Source of the DNA: a virus
Reading direction: 5' to 3' (one strand)
IMG/VR virus record: IMGVR_UViG_3300036770_008702
Coordinates: 1 to 64,000 of that record
DNA length: 64,000 nt
In this document: piece after piece, positions 31,273-41,793 of the stretch
How positions within the stretch are numbered: the first letter of the stretch is position 1
Layout: each line of letters begins with the position of its first letter
The notes under the pieces: model-generated
What the model was told of the DNA's origin: nothing
Seen by the model: the letters and a program-made list of their open reading frames with translations, nothing else
Databases searched by the model: none
Position numbers and translations under genes: made by a program

Positions 31273-33381
31273 CTAGGATTTATCAGATATTTTGTGACCA
31301 ATTCTGCTTTTCAGCGTTACGATAAACGTGGCTCCGTTTTCGTCGTTGGCTGCCCTGATTTCTCCTCCCATTTCCCAGATCAGCCGTCGTGTGATGGCGA
31401 GTCCTAGGCCGGTACCTTCTGTTGCAGACTTGGTTGTCACGAATGGTTCGAACAAGCGTGTTAGGACCGTTTCTGGAATCCCGCCACCGTTATCAGAAAA
31501 ATTGATTTGCACGTCAGCGTTGGATAATCGAGAGACGGATATGCGAATCTGCCGTTTTGGTCCATATGGTTGTTTGGCAAGTGCATCACGTGAATTCATC
31601 AAAATATTAATGAGGGCCTGCTCTAGAGGTAATTTTCGGCCGCGTACAAAAATGGCTTCATTGCAGACCTGAAGATCTACATAGATTTGATCTTGTTGGA
31701 ACGTGTGCTCAAGAATTTCAAGAGAGTCTTGCGATACGAGATTGAGATCAATATCTTCAAGTGACAAATCACTATCCGGTGTTCGCGAGAGTTGCCTTAG
31801 ATTATCAATCAAACGAGCGGCGCGATTCGTCTGATGTTCTATTCTTTGCAGCCGATGCCTCGCGCTCTCGACATCGCCGTCATCGAGAGCAGCAAGAGCA
31901 TTGCTTGCTGCGAGCCCGATTGTACCTAATGGCTGTCGTAGTTCATGCACTAGCCCCGCAGCCATCTCGCCAAGGGATGCGAGTCTCGCGGACGTCAGTG
32001 CACGAGCTTCGGCGTCACGACGAGCTGTCACGTCGATGGTATAGCCTACAATTTCTGCGCCACCGTCAGGCCAGAGCGTCAATACACGAGCGTAGGTATG
32101 CAGTATCCCCCAACTGCCAGAGGGTTGCCGTATGCGCGTTTCGAACGCTACCCGTCCTGAGGAAAGAAGCTCGTGGTTATACTCGTCTGGCTTTGGGTCA
32201 TCCGGATGAACCAGGTCTGTTAGGGAAGAGAGTCTTTCGAGATCACTCGAGGGCCATCCGAACACACCCTCTATATCACCTCCGCGATATACGCTTCGGA
32301 CGGTCGTGCCATCTGGCGCAACTTCTCGCAGGAAGATGACCGCGGGCAATCCATCAAGCAGGCGTTCAACGTCTTTCTGTCCCTCCAACAGCGCTGTCAC
32401 CTCTCGCCGGGCGTGCCGAACATCTTCACGGCGAAGGATCCAGGCTACCGACGCCAGCGTGACGCCAAGCGCAGTGCTGGCCAGTAACAACCACTGGACA
32501 GCCTTCCACGCAGCGCCTTGCAAGGACGCCTGGGCCTCGGCGACGGTCACGGTCCAGCCAGTTGCGACTGACAGACGTTCGACGGCGTAGACATTGTCAT
32601 TTCCGCTCCAGCCGGGCCCGACGACCAGTGTGCTCTGTCTGTTTCCAATGGCCTTTCCCACCCACTCTGGCGCTCTGGCGCCAACTCGGCGTCCTGTCGG
32701 ATCGAAGCTGTGCGCCAGGATCCGGAACTGGCTATCGGCGATCGCGGCGAATGTGCCGGGTGGAAGGTTCTGGCTTAGAAGTAGTTCCCTCATTGCAGTC
32801 GGTTTCAGTGCCAGCGCCAGCGCTCGGCGGGTTTGACCTGGTCGCTCAACGGGAACGAGCGCTGCCAACACGAGCCGGTCCGCAACAGCACCAGGAAACA
32901 GATCTGAAATCGCCGGACGTGAATGTTGGAATACTTCATCAAGAGCAGGCAGCAGAGCCTGCTCGTGACCCTTTGGCAAAGCGGAGGGCAGGGGCGTTCC
33001 CGGCACGCGGAGGGAGTTAGCTCTCATCATGTAGTCGGGCGGGGGACCGATGAGAACGATCCAGCCTCCGAGGCGAGCACCGACGGTGCGTGCACGTTCT
33101 TCAAACGCCCCGGCAGCAGCCCCAGAATCGAGCAAATTAGACGTCGCAAGTGTTTCCAGGGCGCTGACATAACGTCCCAGCTGCGCGTCCACCGCGGAAG
33201 CGAGGGCTCGCGCTGTCGACTGCAAGCGCGCTTCATCATTCGATCGGTAAAGGGTGAGGGTTGTGGAAAGTGAAAGAATTACAAACAAAATGGCTGGAAA
33301 GATGGCAAAAGCGCCAACGATTAACCGAAAAATACCAGGGCGCTTAGTTCGAAATACGGTCACTGCCTCCGCGATCTTCAT
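31273..33381 (-). CDS. Orphan sensor histidine kinase (TM-Cache-like-PAS-HisKA-HATPase)
   Basis: HELRQP H-box, DNGGGIP, FEPFVTTK, GTGLGL; no adjacent regulator. Confidence 0.9.
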   Translation of the reverse strand: MKIAEAVTVFRTKRPGIFRLIVGAFAIFPAILFVILSLSTTLTLYRSNDEARLQSTARALASAVDAQLGRYVSALETLATSNLLDSGAAAGAFEERARTVGARLGGWIVLIGPPPDYMMRANSLRVPGTPLPSALPKGHEQALLPALDEVFQHSRPAISDLFPGAVADRLVLAALVPVERPGQTRRALALALKPTAMRELLLSQNLPPGTFAAIADSQFRILAHSFDPTGRRVGARAPEWVGKAIGNRQSTLVVGPGWSGNDNVYAVERLSVATGWTVTVAEAQASLQGAAWKAVQWLLLASTALGVTLASVAWILRREDVRHARREVTALLEGQKDVERLLDGLPAVIFLREVAPDGTTVRSVYRGGDIEGVFGWPSSDLERLSSLTDLVHPDDPKPDEYNHELLSSGRVAFETRIRQPSGSWGILHTYARVLTLWPDGGAEIVGYTIDVTARRDAEARALTSARLASLGEMAAGLVHELRQPLGTIGLAASNALAALDDGDVESARHRLQRIEHQTNRAARLIDNLRQLSRTPDSDLSLEDIDLNLVSQDSLEILEHTFQQDQIYVDLQVCNEAIFVRGRKLPLEQALINILMNSRDALAKQPYGPKRQIRISVSRLSNADVQINFSDNGGGIPETVLTRLFEPFVTTKSATEGTGLGLAITRRLIWEMGGEIRAANDENGATFIVTLKSRIGHKISDKS

Positions 33382-33651
33382 GGGGCTGAGATGATCCTGG
33401 CTGCCTATGGTTTCTTTATAGAGAGTGCAGAATATAAAGGAAACCGCATATTATATCGTGTGTTATATGCGTTCCTTGCGTAGTACGCACTCCCGGCATG
33501 AAGCACTCAGCATGGTCCGAGGAGATCGGACTTCGGTCGCAACCCGGCAGCCAAGGCCCAGGCAGCGAAGTCTGCATCGCCTGCTCGGACCGCGGTTGGA
33601 CCGGTCATCGAGGTTCCGATGGCGACGGCGAGGACGGCCCAGTGCATGGGT

Positions 33652-34725
33652 TCAGGCCGCTTCGGTGCGGTCGGACGCCGCGACGGGGGTCGCGCGGGCG
33701 GCGCGGCTGCGGTGGATGCTGCGGACGGTGCCCTGGGGCTTGCCGTTGGCGGAGAGGAAGGTTCGGCCGATGTATTCGCCCATGACGCCGAGGATCGTCG
33801 ACTGGATGCCGGTGAGCAGGAGGATGACCGTCATGGTCGAGGCCCAGCCGGAGGGGCTTTCGCTGCCGAACAGGGCCTCGAAGATGGTGAAGGCGGCGCC
33901 GGCCAGGCCGAGGGTTGCCATGGCGATGCCGGCGAGGATGGCTATGCGCAGGGGGGCGAGCGAGAAAGAGGTGGCGAGGTTCAGCCAGAGGCGGATGAGG
34001 CGCTTGACGGTGTAGTTGCTGCGGCCTTCGGCGCGGGGGAGGTGGCGGACCTCGATGCTGTCGATGCGCTGGGTGACCTCCATGATGAGGCCGTCGATAT
34101 AGGGGTAGGGGCCGCGGTAGCGGGTGACGCTGCGTACGACGAGGGCGGACATGCAGCGGAAGGAGGAGAGGTAGAGGCCCTTCGGCTTGTCGAGCAGCCA
34201 GTCGGCGACCTTGTTGGCGAACTGGCTGCCGAGATTGCGCCAGGGGGCGTGCTTCTTGCTGGCGTAGCGGGTGTAGACGACATCCCAGGTGCCGAGGCGG
34301 GCGTGGTCGTAGAGCTTGGTGACTTCCTCGGGCGGGTTCTGCAGGTCGTCGTCCATGGTGATGACGAAGCGGCCGCGGGCGTGGCGCAGGCCGGTCATGA
34401 CGGCGTTGTGCTCGCCGTAGTTGCGGGCGTGCTCGATGGCGACGACGGGGAGCTTGCGGTCGGTGCCGGCGATGGTGGGCGGGTTGGTGGCGAGCGCGCG
34501 GCAGACCTCGCCGGAATTGTCGGGGCTGCCGTCGTTGACGAGGATCACCTCCATGCCGCCCTCGGGACGCAGGGCGGCGAGGGCTGCAACGAGTGTGCCG
34601 ATGGTCGCCGCGCCGCGATAGACGGGCACGACGACCGATAGGCCGATAAACGGGGCGCGAACACGCTCACGAGCGCGGCCTTCGCGACTTAGCGCCTCGG
34701 CGGCAGTGAATCCTGCGAGGATCAT
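33652..34725 (-). CDS. GT2 polyprenol-phosphate glycosyltransferase (GtrB/ArnC-like)
   Basis: VVVPVY, VNDGSPD, RNYG, MDDDLQNPPE, two C-terminal TMs; start uncertain. Confidence 0.9.
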   Translation of the reverse strand: MILAGFTAAEALSREGRARERVRAPFIGLSVVVPVYRGAATIGTLVAALAALRPEGGMEVILVNDGSPDNSGEVCRALATNPPTIAGTDRKLPVVAIEHARNYGEHNAVMTGLRHARGRFVITMDDDLQNPPEEVTKLYDHARLGTWDVVYTRYASKKHAPWRNLGSQFANKVADWLLDKPKGLYLSSFRCMSALVVRSVTRYRGPYPYIDGLIMEVTQRIDSIEVRHLPRAEGRSNYTVKRLIRLWLNLATSFSLAPLRIAILAGIAMATLGLAGAAFTIFEALFGSESPSGWASTMTVILLLTGIQSTILGVMGEYIGRTFLSANGKPQGTVRSIHRSRAARATPVAASDRTEAA

Positions 34726-35019
34726 AATGCCAGGGTTTCTGGAAACGCGATTACACCACTCCTCGAAGCTGAGTTTGGTAATGCGGTGGTTGCGCGAGTA
34801 TCGACGTGGCTAGACTGAAGTTCTTCTCGAACTGCAAGTACATTATGGCCAACATCGGATCTGAATCACTGCGGCATCGCGGATCATCTGGTCGACAGTT
34901 GAGTCACCATGTCCAAAGCACGAATCAGGAAGCCAGCGCGCTACAGCCGACACCGGAAACTTGGTTGGATAGAATCGGCAGCCCTTCACCAAAGGGGTCG
35001 CAGGTAGTGCGCCCACGAA

Positions 35020-35403
35020 TTAGGTGGCCCCCGGGGCTGAGCAATCCCTGGATGAGCCCCGCAGCGTAGGAGGTGACGTCAACCCTAGGGGGCGGACTTC
35101 GCTGTCGCGGCGATGTGAAATGCAGATCTGACCCAATCGGGGGAGTCCCCCGTCGATGACGTTGTCGCATTCTTCGAAGGAACTGTCCTCCACGAGGACC
35201 ATGCCTATCGGCCGTAAGCCGCAGCGTTCGCAGCACATCCTCTCGACAAAACTCCCAACTATCGCTGAGGGAGCAATAGAAGCAAGTCGGGACAAATGCA
35301 TCTGGACGGTCATCCGGCAGTCCAAACATCGCCCCACTACGCGACAGCTACTCAATTCCGCCAAAGGCATGAGGAGCGTCGTAGAGCGGATTTCGGTTAG
35401 CAA
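35020..35403 (-). CDS. Hypothetical Cys-rich protein
   Basis: CLDC and CERC pairs. Confidence 0.4.
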   Translation of the reverse strand: MLTEIRSTTLLMPLAELSSCRVVGRCLDCRMTVQMHLSRLASIAPSAIVGSFVERMCCERCGLRPIGMVLVEDSSFEECDNVIDGGLPRLGQICISHRRDSEVRPLGLTSPPTLRGSSRDCSAPGAT

Positions 35404-35795
35404 TTCAACCTCGACTGACTGATATCACTTCCCGGCCAGCAACAACTATTTCGTCACGGACGCGAATTGAGGCGCTCACGATTTACGAGCTACTCCAATA
35501 TGCTGCATCGCTCCGCGTATTCATAATCGTAAAAAATATCGAATAAACTCAAAAATTTTGCGATATTGAGATTAATTTCGAGAAGTGATGTATATTTCTT
35601 TCGCCACATCCAGTTTTGTGGGCACGCGATTGATTTGTATCGCCGCGCCTCAGGCTGGTGTCGAGGCGAGCGGCGCGAGAAACGAGCGGGGCGGGGTAAC
35701 GTTTCTTCTCGATCAGTGACCGGGCCTTGTAGCGGATTGAGAAGTCACGCGCCGCCCCTTTTCGTTCACACCAACACACACTTCGGTACGCGGCC

Positions 35796-36017
35796 TCAGC
35801 TTTGTATGGCATCCGCCGATCGAAACAGCGCGTCAACCTGCTCGACGTTCAGCCCGAGGTCCGCGGCCAACGACATGAGGAACTCGCTGTCCCGGCTCCA
35901 CTCGGACGCGCCGACCCACGCGTCCTGAACCCGGCTGTCCGATGCCGCGACGGCCGCCTCAACGTCATCCAGCAACCCAGCTTCCCGCAGCGCCGCCTTG
36001 CCCTTTCAGGCGTGGAC
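35796..36017 (-). pseudogene. Relic 3' half of a tail-fibre chaperone gene
   Basis: Homologous to 38440-38660 (KGKAALREAGLLD...VDALFRSA.AIQS); Trp codon changed to TGA. Confidence 0.85.
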
Positions 36018-36037
36018 GCCTTCATGGCCGGATCTCT

Positions 36038-36175
36038 GCCGCTTGGATGACCCGCTTCCGCCGCCTCGTGCGAGACTTCGAGCAACGCATCGACGTCTCG
36101 AAGGCCATGATCTACGTGGCCATGGGATGCGTGCTGCTCCGCAGACTCCATGAATGAGAGTTTTCAAACGGGCTC
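36038..36175 (+). mobile_element. IS5-family 3' remnant with right IR
   Basis: AWMTRFRRLVRDFE...MIYVAM..LLRRL; TTTTCAAACGGGCTC. Confidence 0.8.
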
Positions 36176-36196
36176 TGAGCAGTTACGATTATTGCA

Positions 36197-36439
36197 TTAA
36201 TTAGCTAGCTTGTTTGCAGGAATAATTGATCGTATCTGCCTATTCATCTCAATCTGCTTTGTGAGATTGGATAATCCATTTACAAAATTTGGCAATTGTG
36301 CAACAGGGATGCAGATCATGCCGCATGGTATATTATGACCATCTTTGCCGGTCATCACGAGCGTGATCCGCGCCACTCCATTCGCAACCTGTGCTTCCGT
36401 AACGCCGTCGATGAATATGATGGGGCAGCAATCAGACAT
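36197..36439 (-). CDS. Small hypothetical protein
   Basis: IFIDGVTEAQVANGVARITL; low GC. Confidence 0.6.
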   Translation of the reverse strand: MSDCCPIIFIDGVTEAQVANGVARITLVMTGKDGHNIPCGMICIPVAQLPNFVNGLSNLTKQIEMNRQIRSIIPANKLAN

Positions 36440-37352
36440 TAGAATGCCCGATCCTCGTTGCAGAAAAAATGTTGGTAACACGCCGCGTTTCGGGAGAATT
36501 AAATTCAATAAAAAGGCTTTGTGGTGTCGAGATAAAGCTCGGTTCGTAGTTTAGTGCGGCACTATCCACGGAGATTACCTTAATTAGAGTGGTGGCCTTA
36601 TGAAAACCATTTACCGGATCATTCTTTCTGATCGGCGACTGACAAGTGCGTCCGGGGCGTTCGGATAACGAAGAGAAGGCAGACCTAGTCCATGGCTCTG
36701 ATCCCTACATCTGGAGCCACGAACATCGGGGTCGAGGTCGCTGAAAACCAAATCTTATCATGGAATTTCTTAAATATCATCTGTGCGTATCTTGAATTGG
36801 GAAAGTTCAAGATCGCTATCAACAAAAAATTGCGCAAATGCCAAAAAATTTTTCAGGTTATGGCGATTTTGACATCTCACGATCGAGATGCCGGGTGATG
36901 CCGGCTCAATTTTAACAATCGGCGCATCGCCATATGCCTTTTTGACCAAACGCAATAGAAGCGCTAAGCTTATTGGCAACTCCACCGACGCTTGCAGCGT
37001 GACTGAATCTTGAGACTGCATAGATTGCGGTTTTGACCGGATTCCGAATGAGGACACTCAAGCGACTATAACCGAGAATCATTCCTGAAAATTCTTTTAT
37101 AAGTAATTATATAACGTAATTTTAATTGAAACCTCTCTTAAAATCGAAAATAATTAAATTATATAAAATTCTACTCATGGCTGCGATGTAGGTGCCCATG
37201 CGGCCACTTCAGGTTCCAGGAATGATGGATCGATTGCATTAGCTGCTGCGGCCCGTGAACGCACCGGCGAGCCTTCGCAGCCCAACCTGATTCAACTCGC
37301 AGCGATGACACAGATCGCCCTCAAAACAGCACGCGAAGTTCCCGCGACAACC

Positions 37353-37808
37353 TCACGGCCGGATCTCTGCCGCTTGTCGGAACAGCGCCTCTGCCTCCTC
37401 GTCGGTCACCTCGAGCAGGCGCATCAGCTCGGTGGCCAGCGAGGAATGGCGCTCGATGCGGTCGCCATACTCGAACAGCTCGGCGGCCAGGAGCGCCTGC
37501 GGCGTGGCAAGCTGGCCCAGCGCGTGCTGCACCAAATCGAACTGCCCGGCGAGCTTCAGCGCGGCTCGGAACTGCCACAGCGCGACATCGTGCGGCACGG
37601 GGGGTGCGGCCGGCGCCGGAGCTGGCTGCTGCTGCCAGGTCTGCCACCACAGCCCGTCGCGGAAGCAGGGCGGGCCCTCGACCACGACCATCCCCTCCGC
37701 GGCGGGCGGGCACGGCATGGGGCGCACGAGCCGGATCCCGGCGGCGATCAGCGCGTCAGCGTCGATGTGGGCCGGGAGACTGCCGTCCGGTTGGGTCAGG
37801 TACTGCGT
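37353..37808 (-). pseudogene. Alternative tail-fibre-associated gene with an apparent ATG>ACG start
   Basis: Open from ACG-QYLTQPDG to EALFRQAAEIRP; preceded by a YARITTYL* stub at 37818-37844. Confidence 0.6.
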
Positions 37809-38026
37809 GGGTGTGCCTCAGAGGTAGGTGGTGATGCGCGCGTAGCATCGGCCTTCGCGAGGGCCAAAGAGCGGCCTGCGTACGCCAGACACTCGACGGT
37901 CACTCCGAAAAGCCACTCAGTGGCCCCCCTACACGACTACTGGGGACACCACCCATCCGCGTCGACAAACTCGACGAAAGCTACCTCAGGCCCGTCAAAC
38001 TCGCTGCTGCCAAGATCTGGAGCAGA

Positions 38027-38254
38027 TTATGAGTCAGTGCCCCATGGCCTGCAGAAAATTCTACCACATGGGCCAAAGCCGTGCAGTAAACCCAAGTGTG
38101 TTAGGCAATCTTTAAGAATTTCACGATTTACATGACGAATTGCGGTAAAATTTCCAGATTTTCTGACAAAAACTACATCTTCGTATTCGTACATCTCAGT
38201 TTTATTTTGGTCAATATCGTTGAAATTTACGGGAATTATGGCAGAGTACGTCAT
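38027..38254 (-). CDS. Low-GC hypothetical protein
   Basis: 75-aa ORF in an AT-rich patch. Confidence 0.3.
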   Translation of the reverse strand: MTYSAIIPVNFNDIDQNKTEMYEYEDVVFVRKSGNFTAIRHVNREILKDCLTHLGLLHGFGPCGRIFCRPWGTDS

Positions 38255-38439
38255 CTCGAACTCCTGGTTGGTAACTGTGCACCCGTAGCGACGGCCATGG
38301 CGTGAGGCGGTGAGCGCGTTGGGCCTATAGAAAGGAGCTTACACGACCACGGGTGCCTCAATTCAAGATGGTCGTGAGCCCCGCGATCAACCTCGCCGCA
38401 ATAGCCTAAACTCGCCCCAATCGGCGTCGCCACACATCC

Positions 38440-38997
38440 TCAGCTCTGTATCGCCCCCGCCGATCGAAACAGCGCGTCAACCTGCTCGACATTCAGCCCG
38501 AGGCCCGCGGCCAGATCAGACAGAAACGAGCTGTCCCGACTCCACTCCGATGCGCCGGCCCAGGCGTCCTGAACACGACCACCTGCAGCCGCGACTGCGA
38601 CTTCAACGGCATCCAGCAGCCCAGCCTCTCGCAAAGCGGCCTTGCCCTTCCAGGCCGGGACGACCGGCGGAACGGGCGGCTGGGATGCCGGAGGAAGGGC
38701 GACGTCCCACCCGCGGGACGGCGTCGCCGGCACGACCAGGGATACCTGGAAAGCTTCCTCGGGCTCGCGGCCATGCCAAGCCAGGTTGACGTGATACCGC
38801 GGGTCGATGACGTCACCGGCGATCGGCACACCGCCTTCGCCGACCTGCGCAGGGGCGACGATCGGCCCCACGATATCGACCGCCACACCCTGCGGCAGAT
38901 CGGGATCCTGGCCCGGCGGACAGGTCCACCCCGCAGCCTGGCACGCCGCGAGGAATTCCGCCCGGCTGGTGAACCGGTGACAGGTCGTGATCCACAT
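38440..38997 (-). CDS. Tail-fibre-associated/assembly protein
   Basis: Follows fibre gene; ends LGL..EQVDALFRSA. Confidence 0.75.
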   Translation of the reverse strand: MWITTCHRFTSRAEFLAACQAAGWTCPPGQDPDLPQGVAVDIVGPIVAPAQVGEGGVPIAGDVIDPRYHVNLAWHGREPEEAFQVSLVVPATPSRGWDVALPPASQPPVPPVVPAWKGKAALREAGLLDAVEVAVAAAGGRVQDAWAGASEWSRDSSFLSDLAAGLGLNVEQVDALFRSAGAIQS

Positions 38998-39008
38998 GGC
39001 GTTGGCTC

Positions 39009-40256
39009 CTAGGGCGCCGTCAGCGTCTGCAGCAGGGCGTTGGACAGCCGGCGAGGGAAGTACTGGAACGCCCGGCAGGTGGCGTTGGCGAGGGAGGATG
39101 CCGAGGGCTCCGACCAAGGGGCCGCGCCGATCGCGATGCGGGCCGGGGTCGCCGGCAGAGGGCAAAGGGCGTGGCTGCTGACGGTGCCACCATCCAGGCA
39201 GAACGCTGCGTCGAAGTTGGCCCAGGCCATCGCCATCCGGAAGGTCACCGCATTGGCGAAGCTGAACGGCCGGGTCAGCGCCGCATAGCCAGCGCCACCC
39301 GCGCGCGTGTTCAGCACCAGCTGTCCGGTGGTGAAGCGTGACAGGTAGAAGGTGTCGTTGAAGGTCAGGCCGAAGCCGCCATAGACCAGGGCACTGCCAC
39401 CGGTCTGCGCCGGCACGATCCGGTTCACATACTCGAAGATCATCGTTCCCTCGCTGGGGTTGAACCAGCGCGTGTCGACGTCGAGGTAGAGGTTGTCGGC
39501 CCCGCGGGTGACCGAGGCGGTCGTAGTCGGGATGTAGCTCGTCGGGTTGGTCAGCGTGGCCTCCGCCTCGAGCTGTGCACCCCAGGCATAGATGCTGTTG
39601 GTGCTGGCGGGCGGGGTGTTGTCGGCCGCGGCGGGTCCGATCGACGCGGCGATGGCGGTCACCGTGGTGCTGGTGGCCTCGATCGCGCAGCGATACCAGC
39701 CGGCGCCGTGCGCCTCGATGGTCTTGGCGCTGTAGAGCAAGGTACCGGCGCCGGCGGTGTGGGTCCCGACCGCGCCGCTGACCAGGTTGAACCAGACCTG
39801 GATGGTATTGCTGCCGTCGCTCAGTTCCAGCACCGCGAAGCCACTGGCGGCGGCCTTGAGGAACACCACGAAGGCGATGCCGCGCCCGGCGGTGATGGTG
39901 ACGGCCTGCGTCAGCTTGCCGCCGCTGGCGGCCGCGGTGAGGGTGTCCGCCGTCGTGGTGCCATCCGGGGCCATGGTGGCATTCGGCGTGACGGTGAGGT
40001 TCGCCGCGGACCAGGGCGCGGTGTCCAGTTCCTCGCTGCGCAACAGCAGGTTGGTGCGCTGGGGCTCGATCAGCAGCCCCTCGCAGACGCCCGTGACCGG
40101 GTGGTGCTGCCAACGCCCGGTGTTGGCCGGCACGGCCCGAATGAGGCCTGTGCGCCCGACATTGCGGGCGGCCCCGGTGCGGGTGAAGCGGGCGCGCGGG
40201 TCGATCAACCCGGGGGCCTTGTGGAACTGCCAGTTGATGGCGGGCTCGACGGACAT
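39009..40256 (-). CDS. Fibre/spike protein
   Basis: FTR..A, GLLIEPQRTNLL, GAQLEA...PTSYIPTT...TRGAD. Confidence 0.8.
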   Translation of the reverse strand: MSVEPAINWQFHKAPGLIDPRARFTRTGAARNVGRTGLIRAVPANTGRWQHHPVTGVCEGLLIEPQRTNLLLRSEELDTAPWSAANLTVTPNATMAPDGTTTADTLTAAASGGKLTQAVTITAGRGIAFVVFLKAAASGFAVLELSDGSNTIQVWFNLVSGAVGTHTAGAGTLLYSAKTIEAHGAGWYRCAIEATSTTVTAIAASIGPAAADNTPPASTNSIYAWGAQLEAEATLTNPTSYIPTTTASVTRGADNLYLDVDTRWFNPSEGTMIFEYVNRIVPAQTGGSALVYGGFGLTFNDTFYLSRFTTGQLVLNTRAGGAGYAALTRPFSFANAVTFRMAMAWANFDAAFCLDGGTVSSHALCPLPATPARIAIGAAPWSEPSASSLANATCRAFQYFPRRLSNALLQTLTAP

Positions 40257-40258
40257 GG

Positions 40259-40840
40259 CTATGCCACCTCGAAGGATGTGCTGCCGGTGCAGACCAGGGT
40301 GAGGATCGCGGAGCCGGTGGTCACCGTGATGCCCACCCCGGCGGTGCCGCCGTTGATGGCGTCGGTGGCGGCGCCGGTGTTCAGGGTCAGGGTGGCGCCG
40401 CTGCGGTTGCGCAGCCGGCAGGTCCAGCCGGGCCAAACGTCGATGGCCACCGGCAGGATCCAGGTGCGGGTGCCGTTGGTGCAGAGCAGCAGCTTGCCGG
40501 CGTCGTGCGGGGTGATCTGGTAGGTGGCGTTCTGCGTGTTGGGATAGAGTGACAGCGCCATGTCCCAGGGCCGGAAGCCGCCGCTGTCCAGATAGGCCAG
40601 GCGCGGCAGGTCCATCGGCTCGTTGCCGACGCCGTTGGCCGGCGTGCCGAGGGCCAACTGGGTGGCCAGGCTGCCCGAGGCGGCGGTGGCCGATGCCTGG
40701 GCCTGACCGGTCAGGTAGGCGACATCCTGCGCAGTGCGGCCGATCGCGTTGAGCGAGGGGCGGAAATAGATGCGGAACAGCCCGTTGGGGAAGTCGGCGT
40801 CGCTGCGGGCGGCGAGATAGGTCCAGTCCTCCTCACTCAT
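40259..40840 (-). CDS. Minor tail protein
   Basis: Coupled ORF in the tail cluster; HDAGKLL..T fibre-like motif. Confidence 0.7.
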   Translation of the reverse strand: MSEEDWTYLAARSDADFPNGLFRIYFRPSLNAIGRTAQDVAYLTGQAQASATAASGSLATQLALGTPANGVGNEPMDLPRLAYLDSGGFRPWDMALSLYPNTQNATYQITPHDAGKLLLCTNGTRTWILPVAIDVWPGWTCRLRNRSGATLTLNTGAATDAINGGTAGVGITVTTGSAILTLVCTGSTSFEVA

Positions 40841-41700
40841 AGCCATTCCTCCAGTTCCAGGACGGTCTCGTGCACGTTGTGGAAGGCCTGGGTGATCGGA
40901 TCGAGCTTGCGGAACCGCACCAGGCAATCGCGCTTGAACCGCCGCGCGGTGTCATCGGGGCTGGGCACGACCCAGAACGGGGTGTGGGTGCCGAGCAGGC
41001 GCTGGGCATCGAGCAGGGCGCCGAACGCCTCGACCCGGGTGATGCCCTTGAGCGCCAGGCGCAGCACCCGGGCCGGCGGTCGCGTCTCGCTGTAGAGCAC
41101 GCCGCCGAGCGATGTGGCGCTGACGCTGCGGTCCTCCCAGGCCAGCTGCGCGCCGGGGGCGAGGTTGCGCTCCGGCGACCAGATCGTGCCCAGGCGCAGG
41201 TGGGCGAGCTCGACATAACCATCGGGGTTGGCGGTGTCGTTGATCTCGATGGCCCAGTAGCGCGCCCGGATGTTCACCAGCGCGTCGTGCATGCCGTGGC
41301 TGGGATAGCCCACGATCTCCTCGTCCGAGAGCTGCCCGGTCCAGAAATTGTCGTCCTCCCATTCGAGGTCCTCGGGGAGGTAGACGGCCGGCCAGACCGG
41401 GATCCAACCGGCGCTGTAGAGATCCGTCCCGCCTGGCGTGGCGCCGGCGGTGATCCGCACCAGGGCATCGCGGGTCAGGTTGTGCCGCGCAACGCCGATC
41501 ATGCGCACCGGGATGTTGCTGGCGCCGAGATCGACGTTGAACTTGGTCGAGGCCAGCAGCAGGTTGCTGGACCGCGCGCGCAGGCTGAGGAGCGGTGGAT
41601 CGAGCAGCAGGTTGGCCAGCGGCGCGCCGGCTTGCCAGGCGCCGCCCGAGAGCGTTGCCACGGGCGCCTTGCTGTAGAATTGGAACTGGATGTTCGTCAC
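40837..41700 (-). CDS. Minor tail protein
   Basis: ARYWAIEINDTANPDGYVE; position after the hub-like gene. Confidence 0.75.
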   Translation of the reverse strand: MTNIQFQFYSKAPVATLSGGAWQAGAPLANLLLDPPLLSLRARSSNLLLASTKFNVDLGASNIPVRMIGVARHNLTRDALVRITAGATPGGTDLYSAGWIPVWPAVYLPEDLEWEDDNFWTGQLSDEEIVGYPSHGMHDALVNIRARYWAIEINDTANPDGYVELAHLRLGTIWSPERNLAPGAQLAWEDRSVSATSLGGVLYSETRPPARVLRLALKGITRVEAFGALLDAQRLLGTHTPFWVVPSPDDTARRFKRDCLVRFRKLDPITQAFHNVHETVLELEEWL

Positions 41701-41793
41701 GACCGTGACGCTCCTGAGCGTTGCGACGCGCGCGGCAGCGGCGTCGCGTGCGCCGCGAGAGCGCGCGCCGCTGACAGGTTGAGCATGGTGTTC

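Noticed and set aside
36500-37300. Short ORFs in the AT-rich patch
   Set aside because: No motifs or convincing RBS; cannot be supported.
35796-40256. Diversity-generating retroelement or shufflon at the tail fibre
   Set aside because: No reverse transcriptase or invertase in the window; differences are not adenine-specific and copies are not inverted.
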